Virus genome (UHGV): UHGV-1351447
Origin: a virus
Length of the DNA stretch: 18,502 nucleotides
Strand: one strand, 5' to 3'
Shown: one piece after another, positions 14,155-18,502 of the stretch
Layout: every line of letters begins with the position of its first letter
How positions within the stretch are numbered: position 1 is the first letter of the stretch
Notes under the pieces: model-generated
Told to the model about the DNA's origin: nothing
The model's database searches: none
The model's input: the letters and a program-made list of their open reading frames with translations, nothing else
Position numbers and translations under genes: made by a program

Positions 14155-15164
14155 TGGCTAAATACTGGGACATATCCAAGACGCTATCGTACAACTGCCT
14201 GTTCAATTTCATCTACGGAATCCGAGGTGCTGGAAAGACGTACACGGGGTTGCAGCACTACGTCAAGCGCTACCTGCGCACGGGACGGCGCTTCATGTAC
14301 CTTCGTCGCACGGAGGAGGAGCTGAAAAACCTGACCACCCGCAAGGACGGTAGGCTGTTCAACCACGTGCAAAAGGAGTTCCCGGGGCATGCGCTCTGGG
14401 CTGAATCCAACATCCTGCATATCGACAAGGAGATATGCGGGTACGCGCAAGCGCTGTCAACGGCGCGCAAGCTCAAGTCCGACGCGCTGGACAACGTGGA
14501 CACTATCCTGTTCGACGAGTTCGTCATCGACAAGGGGTTCCAAACGTACCTTCCCGACGAGGTGACGGCGTTCTTGGAGCTTTACGAAACCATCGCCCGT
14601 CCTGGCTCTCGTGACTACGACGTTACCTGCATGTTCTGGGGAAACGCAGTGACATCGGCGAACCCCTACATGGACTACTTCAAGCTGGAGCTTCCCTACA
14701 AAACCGACGTGTGGAGGCGCGGCGAGTTCCTGACGCAGATGGTAGCGCCGCCCGAGCTGATCGAGGCGAAGAAGGGCACGCGCTTCTACCAGGCGATAGC
14801 GGGCAGCGATTACGCGGCGTACGCGGCCGAGAACAAGTGGTTGCGGGACAACCCGAAGTTCATCGCGAGAAAAGGCAAGAATGCCGAATACCAGTTCACG
14901 CTCCTTTACTACGACGATGCTATCGGAATATGGCGCGACAACCGAAACGGTTGCTATTACGTGTCGGAAGACGTTGACCGCCAGTGCCGCCACGTGTTCG
15001 CCGCCACGACGGAAGACCATGAGCCGAACACCCTGCTCCTCAAAGGCTTCAAATCCTCGCCCCATTTGGCTAACCTGAAAAAGGCGTACGACATGGGGTG
15101 CGTTCGGTACGAGTCGATGAAGCTCAACAACTGGTTCAGGGATATAGTTAGGATGGGATTGTAA
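14154..15164 (+). CDS. DNA-packaging (encapsidation) ATPase (phi29 gp16-like), copy 1, 336 aa from the ATG at 14154.
   Basis: Walker A motif GIRGAGKTY (phi29 GARGIGKSY). TLSYNCLFNFIYG matches MLSYDRILNFVIG. Walker B ILFDEFV matches IVFDEFI. GNAVTSANPY matches SNAVSVVNPY. The track start at 14130 is an upstream TTG. Confidence 0.88.
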   Translation: MAKYWDISKTLSYNCLFNFIYGIRGAGKTYTGLQHYVKRYLRTGRRFMYLRRTEEELKNLTTRKDGRLFNHVQKEFPGHALWAESNILHIDKEICGYAQALSTARKLKSDALDNVDTILFDEFVIDKGFQTYLPDEVTAFLELYETIARPGSRDYDVTCMFWGNAVTSANPYMDYFKLELPYKTDVWRRGEFLTQMVAPPELIEAKKGTRFYQAIAGSDYAAYAAENKWLRDNPKFIARKGKNAEYQFTLLYYDDAIGIWRDNRNGCYYVSEDVDRQCRHVFAATTEDHEPNTLLLKGFKSSPHLANLKKAYDMGCVRYESMKLNNWFRDIVRMGL

Positions 15165-15385
15165 TGAATATGGAAAAATGTACCCAAAAACTGAATGACA
15201 TGGGGTATGAAGGATTGGCAGAAGCGCTGTACTATCTTTATGAAAAATCAAGCGAATTGGATAAGCGAACGATTCTTGGAATCACCAAACTTGCTGTGAA
15301 GAATATCGACAAGTACGAAGAAGAACATAGAATCCTTTATGGATTTTTGGATGCGCATATAACAGGAGTGATCACCCGTGGCTGA
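15164..15385 (+). CDS. Hypothetical protein, 73 aa, AT-rich island, copy 1.
   Basis: Its ATG overlaps the ATPase stop (TAATG). Lys and Glu-rich helical sequence MNMEKCTQKLNDMGYEGLAEALYYLYEKSSELDKRTILGITKLAVKNIDKYEEEHRILYGFLDAHITGVITRG. GC is far below that of its neighbours. Confidence 0.5.
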   Translation: MNMEKCTQKLNDMGYEGLAEALYYLYEKSSELDKRTILGITKLAVKNIDKYEEEHRILYGFLDAHITGVITRG

Positions 15386-15977
15386 ACCGGTAATCATTAA
15401 CGCGACCAAGCAAGGCGGCGTGGAGAACGCATATATCGGCACCATCGGAAACGACGGCTACATCTACTTCAACGACGTGGACTTCTACCGCTTCAAGAAC
15501 GAGGGCACGTGGGAGAACAACGTATACGTGCTGAACCGTACTCGCCATTCTTGGACGAAGACGACGATGTTCACGAAGATCAGCGCGCAGAATCTGAACT
15601 CAGGCTCCGGCAGCGTGGCACCCGGAGGATCGGGCGTGGAGGGCGCGTGCCTGTGGGCAGTGGGAATCGCCGACGACAACAGCCACGGATACGACCAGCC
15701 GACGCGGGACGGCGGCGTGGACTTCGACTGCTCAAGTCTTGTGTCCTGGGCGTTCCGCGAGAACGGATGGGACGTTCCGTTCCCCTCTCCTTCTACCTAC
15801 AACATGTCCAGCGTGTTCACGGGGCTTGGGTTCAAACGCTACAATGGGAACCCGGCAGCGTCCGATTTGGTGCGAGGGGACATCGAATCTGCTGTGATGG
15901 GTTCGATATCAGGATCATTGCAAATGATGTCAATGATAATCAGTTTACGTCTCCATTTTCAACTGAAGACGTGGTGA
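15378..15977 (+). pseudogene. Truncated copy of the NlpC/P60 hydrolase gene: residues 1-168 fused at the duplication junction to a 31-aa out-of-frame tail.
   Basis: Identical to the 17254 ORF through DLVRGDI. It then diverges exactly at 15885/15886 into ESAVMGSISGSLQMMSMIISLRLHFQLKTW. The His-containing C-terminal half of the catalytic domain is missing. Confidence 0.6.
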
Positions 15978-16029
15978 ATCTAAAGGCTGTATACAATGAC
16001 AGCGTTTGCGCTATAGTGGTGTATATTTG

Positions 16030-17040
16030 ATGGCTAAATACTGGGACATATCCAAGACGCTATCGTACAACTGCCTGTTCAATTTCATCTACGGAATCCG
16101 AGGTGCTGGAAAGACGTACACGGGGTTGCAGCACTACGTCAAGCGCTACCTGCGCACGGGACGGCGCTTCATGTACCTTCGTCGCACGGAGGAGGAGCTG
16201 AAAAACCTGACCACCCGCAAGGACGGTAGGCTGTTCAACCACGTGCAAAAGGAGTTCCCGGGGCATGCGCTCTGGGCTGAATCCAACATCCTGCATATCG
16301 ACAAGGAGATATGCGGGTACGCGCAAGCGCTGTCAACGGCGCGCAAGCTCAAGTCCGACGCGCTGGACAACGTGGACACTATCCTGTTCGACGAGTTCGT
16401 CATCGACAAGGGGTTCCAAACGTACCTTCCCGACGAGGTGACGGCGTTCTTGGAGCTTTACGAAACCATCGCCCGTCCTGGCTCTCGTGACTACGACGTT
16501 ACCTGCATGTTCTGGGGAAACGCAGTGACATCGGCGAACCCCTACATGGACTACTTCAAGCTGGAGCTTCCCTACAAAACCGACGTGTGGAGGCGCGGCG
16601 AGTTCCTGACGCAGATGGTAGCGCCGCCCGAGCTGATCGAGGCGAAGAAGGGCACGCGCTTCTACCAGGCGATAGCGGGCAGCGATTACGCGGCGTACGC
16701 GGCCGAGAACAAGTGGTTGCGGGACAACCCGAAGTTCATCGCGAGAAAAGGCAAGAATGCCGAATACCAGTTCACGCTCCTTTACTACGACGATGCTATC
16801 GGAATATGGCGCGACAACCGAAACGGTTGCTATTACGTGTCGGAAGACGTTGACCGCCAGTGCCGCCACGTGTTCGCCGCCACGACGGAAGACCATGAGC
16901 CGAACACCCTGCTCCTCAAAGGCTTCAAATCCTCGCCCCATTTGGCTAACCTGAAAAAGGCGTACGACATGGGGTGCGTTCGGTACGAGTCGATGAAGCT
17001 CAACAACTGGTTCAGGGATATAGTTAGGATGGGATTGTAA
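16030..17040 (+). CDS. DNA-packaging ATPase, copy 2. Identical to 14154..15164.
   Basis: Identical at every position. It is preceded only by the 3-prime fragment (48 codons) of the 64-aa coupling ORF, so its translation-initiation context differs from copy 1. Confidence 0.8.
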   Translation: MAKYWDISKTLSYNCLFNFIYGIRGAGKTYTGLQHYVKRYLRTGRRFMYLRRTEEELKNLTTRKDGRLFNHVQKEFPGHALWAESNILHIDKEICGYAQALSTARKLKSDALDNVDTILFDEFVIDKGFQTYLPDEVTAFLELYETIARPGSRDYDVTCMFWGNAVTSANPYMDYFKLELPYKTDVWRRGEFLTQMVAPPELIEAKKGTRFYQAIAGSDYAAYAAENKWLRDNPKFIARKGKNAEYQFTLLYYDDAIGIWRDNRNGCYYVSEDVDRQCRHVFAATTEDHEPNTLLLKGFKSSPHLANLKKAYDMGCVRYESMKLNNWFRDIVRMGL

Positions 17041-17261
17041 TGAATATGGAAAAATGTACCCAAAAACTGAATGACATGGGGTATGAAGGATTGGCAGAAG
17101 CGCTGTACTATCTTTATGAAAAATCAAGCGAATTGGATAAGCGAACGATTCTTGGAATCACCAAACTTGCTGTGAAGAATATCGACAAGTACGAAGAAGA
17201 ACATAGAATCCTTTATGGATTTTTGGATGCGCATATAACAGGAGTGATCACCCGTGGCTGA
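17040..17261 (+). CDS. Hypothetical protein, 73 aa, copy 2. Identical to 15164..15385.
   Basis: Identical duplicate within the 1876-bp repeat. Confidence 0.5.
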   Translation: MNMEKCTQKLNDMGYEGLAEALYYLYEKSSELDKRTILGITKLAVKNIDKYEEEHRILYGFLDAHITGVITRG

Positions 17262-17955
17262 ACCGGTAATCATTAACGCGACCAAGCAAGGCGGCGTGGA
17301 GAACGCATATATCGGCACCATCGGAAACGACGGCTACATCTACTTCAACGACGTGGACTTCTACCGCTTCAAGAACGAGGGCACGTGGGAGAACAACGTA
17401 TACGTGCTGAACCGTACTCGCCATTCTTGGACGAAGACGACGATGTTCACGAAGATCAGCGCGCAGAATCTGAACTCAGGCTCCGGCAGCGTGGCACCCG
17501 GAGGATCGGGCGTGGAGGGCGCGTGCCTGTGGGCAGTGGGAATCGCCGACGACAACAGCCACGGATACGACCAGCCGACGCGGGACGGCGGCGTGGACTT
17601 CGACTGCTCAAGTCTTGTGTCCTGGGCGTTCCGCGAGAACGGATGGGACGTTCCGTTCCCCTCTCCTTCTACCTACAACATGTCCAGCGTGTTCACGGGG
17701 CTTGGGTTCAAACGCTACAATGGGAACCCGGCAGCGTCCGATTTGGTGCGAGGGGACATCGTTCTGTTCGAGGGCGACATATCGGCGGGCACCGGGCACG
17801 TGGAGCTGTACCTCGGAGACGGCATCCTCGTGGGCGCTCATATCAACGAGTTCGGGGGCGTGGCGGGAGGGCAGCCGGGCGACCAGACCGGGAACGAAAT
17901 ATCGACCGGCGGGTATTATAGGAGCTGGAACTGTTGGCTCAGATGGGAGGGTTAG
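17254..17955 (+). CDS. NlpC/P60-family cell-wall endopeptidase, 233 aa, GTG start. Probably a virion- or tail-associated lysin, the functional analogue of phi29 gp13.
   Basis: Ribosome-binding site AGGAGTG precedes the GTG. FDCSSLVSWAF carries the catalytic Cys motif (NlpC/P60 DCSGLV). GHVELYLGDG carries the catalytic His motif. The N-terminal ~100 aa form a separate domain. The gene lies outside the holin-lysozyme cassette. Confidence 0.7.
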   Translation: MAEPVIINATKQGGVENAYIGTIGNDGYIYFNDVDFYRFKNEGTWENNVYVLNRTRHSWTKTTMFTKISAQNLNSGSGSVAPGGSGVEGACLWAVGIADDNSHGYDQPTRDGGVDFDCSSLVSWAFRENGWDVPFPSPSTYNMSSVFTGLGFKRYNGNPAASDLVRGDIVLFEGDISAGTGHVELYLGDGILVGAHINEFGGVAGGQPGDQTGNEISTGGYYRSWNCWLRWEG

Positions 17956-17956
17956 G

Positions 17957-18037
17957 ATGCTGTCGCATTATATTGCACTTGTAGTGGGCACTATGTTAGG
18001 TATCGCTATTATGTGTCTGGTGAGCAGTAATAAATGA
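17957..18037 (+). CDS. Tiny hydrophobic peptide, 26 aa (MLSHYIALVVGTMLGIAIMCLVSSNK). Tentative.
   Basis: Ribosome-binding site GGGAGGG at 17945-17951, and the ATG is 1 nt after the hydrolase stop. A single membrane-spanning stretch. Its TGA stop lies inside the internal copy of the terminal 20-mer. Confidence 0.25.
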   Translation: MLSHYIALVVGTMLGIAIMCLVSSNK

Positions 18038-18053
18038 ACGATGTTCATTAATT
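18034..18053. repeat. Internal third copy of the terminal 20-mer ATGAACGATGTTCATTAATT, in the same orientation as the right end.
   Basis: Identical to 18483-18502 and to the reverse complement of 1-20. It contains the ATGAAC-GAT-GTTCAT palindrome. It lies 449 bp inside the right terminus. Confidence 0.8.
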
Positions 18054-18086
18054 GCAATTATCGCAAAAATTATCACTTGCTTGTTG

Positions 18087-18092
18087 TATAAT
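18087..18092 (+). promoter_or_regulatory. Candidate -10 box TATAAT driving the right-end small membrane-protein ORF. The -35 is weak.
   Basis: Consensus hexamer 43 nt upstream of the ATG at 18135. The upstream region is AT-rich. No good -35 (CAAAAA at 17 nt spacing). Confidence 0.3.
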
Positions 18093-18134
18093 GCAATTGT
18101 AGGGATAAGTCGAAGGGTGAATGGAGGAATTGAC

Positions 18135-18311
18135 ATGTTTCTAGAGCTTCCGGAATTTGCGTGGTTCGTGATCGGCGTTATAGTTGTGGCAGTGCTGGTT
18201 ACCGTGGCGAATTGGTATATCATGTACTGCGTGTTCGACTGGGCAGTGCATCATGTAAAGCATGTTTGGTTGGAAGAGCCTACGGATGCGATTGACATTA
18301 AGGAAAGCTAA
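18135..18311 (+). CDS. Small membrane protein, 58 aa, with one N-terminal transmembrane helix. Holin-like, or a membrane-anchor analogue of phi29 p16.7. Function unknown.
   Basis: Ribosome-binding site GGAGG 7 nt before the ATG at 18135. The track ORF 18081..18311 is an N-terminal extension. Sequence MFLELPEFAWFVIGVIVVAVLVTVANWYIMYCVFDWAVHHVKHVWLEEPTDAIDIKES. Confidence 0.45.
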   Translation: MFLELPEFAWFVIGVIVVAVLVTVANWYIMYCVFDWAVHHVKHVWLEEPTDAIDIKES

Positions 18312-18447
18312 TATCCTAAGCCCATTAAAAGAGAAATTTCTGATGAAGAATATGAGAATTGGGAAAAATGGATGGATTACTTGGAGGATAGACGTAAGGA
18401 TGCATGAGGAGCAGATAGTTGCGTGCTTGTTTAAGGCGGTCATTTTG

Positions 18448-18502
18448 GCCGCCTTCCTCATTGTCAAACTGACCGCGCATTGATGAACGATGTTCATTAA
18501 TT
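18448..18502. repeat. Right inverted terminal repeat (55 bp).
   Basis: Exact reverse complement of 1-55. Confidence 0.85.

Larger units (their letters stand above)
14010..17761. repeat. Perfect tandem duplication with a 1876-bp period: copy 1 is 14010-15885, copy 2 is 15886-17761.
   Basis: Track ORFs 14130..15164 and 16006..17040 are identical. The same holds for 15164..15385 and 17040..17261, and for the reverse-strand ORF pairs. The boundaries are set by t14009 against g15885 and a15886 against t17762. It starts inside the 64-aa ORF and ends inside the hydrolase gene. Confidence 0.85.

Noticed and set aside
15509-16030. Track ORFs 15509..16030 and 17385..17921 (173 and 178 aa) overlapping the hydrolase gene.
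   Set aside because: They are off-frame within the NlpC/P60 gene, with an Arg and Gly-rich composition. The first appears to continue into the 64-aa ORF fragment only because of the duplication junction.
18448-18470. A mirror-image promoter at the right end reading inward on the - strand.
   Set aside because: The -35 TTGACA is present because it lies in the terminal repeat. The sequence 17-18 nt downstream is AATGAC or ATGACC, not a -10 box.
18262-18483. + strand ORF of 73 aa overlapping the end of the 58-aa membrane-protein gene and running into the terminal repeat.
   Set aside because: No convincing ribosome-binding site at any of its Met codons. It overlaps a better-supported ORF in another frame, and its C-terminus is encoded by the terminal repeat. 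Left unannotated. An internal start at 18409 (MHEEQIVAC…) with GGAGG upstream cannot be excluded.
18141-18497. Reverse-strand ORF of 118 aa at the right end.
   Set aside because: Its first 17 codons lie inside the 55-bp inverted terminal repeat. The same frame at the left end hits a stop codon after 20 codons. There is no ribosome-binding site. The region is AT-rich and has a better-supported + strand gene at 18135..18311.
1-18502. phi29-type p4 operator (CTTTTT-15 bp-AAAATG), tRNA genes and CRISPR arrays.
   Set aside because: No match to the p4 operator: the two AAAATG occurrences at 15171 and 18361 lack the upstream half-site. I saw no cloverleaf-like conserved tRNA features and no spaced direct repeats. 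My scan for tRNAs was by eye and is not exhaustive.

Overview
The window looks like a complete linear genome of a phi29-like podovirus that replicates by protein priming. Bases 1-55 are the exact reverse complement of 18448-18502, a 55-bp inverted terminal repeat, and the repeat contains a short terminal palindrome. Every confident gene is on the + strand. The order is: left-end promoter, two small early ORFs, a candidate histone-like double-stranded DNA-binding protein (phi29 p6-like), a candidate single-stranded DNA-binding protein (phi29 p5-like), one unknown ORF, a p4-like transcription regulator, the terminal protein, a family-B protein-primed DNA polymerase, scaffold, major capsid protein with a C-terminal Ig-like domain (Big_2), tail knob (gp9-like), portal/connector (gp10-like), lower collar, a coiled-coil structural protein, a pectate-lyase-type beta-helix tailspike, an unknown ORF, holin, GH25 lysozyme, a structured intergenic region, a small ORF, the DNA-packaging ATPase (gp16-like), an AT-rich 73-aa ORF, an NlpC/P60 cell-wall hydrolase, and a short AT-rich right-terminal cassette with a small membrane protein. 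The core is about 60% GC with several AT-rich islands. The points most worth checking are: (a) two perfect tandem duplications of 705 bp and 1876 bp, which give a truncated second terminal-protein ORF and a second full packaging-ATPase gene plus a truncated hydrolase; (b) a third, internal copy of the 20-nt genome terminus that delimits the right-end cassette; (c) a roughly 170-nt intergenic region just upstream of the packaging-ATPase operon with two independent 8-bp stems and a nested stem, which is a candidate structured RNA, possibly a packaging RNA (pRNA)-like molecule in an unprecedented position; (d) an abrupt drop in GC content inside the tailspike gene. The long reverse-strand ORFs in the track are high-GC artefacts.
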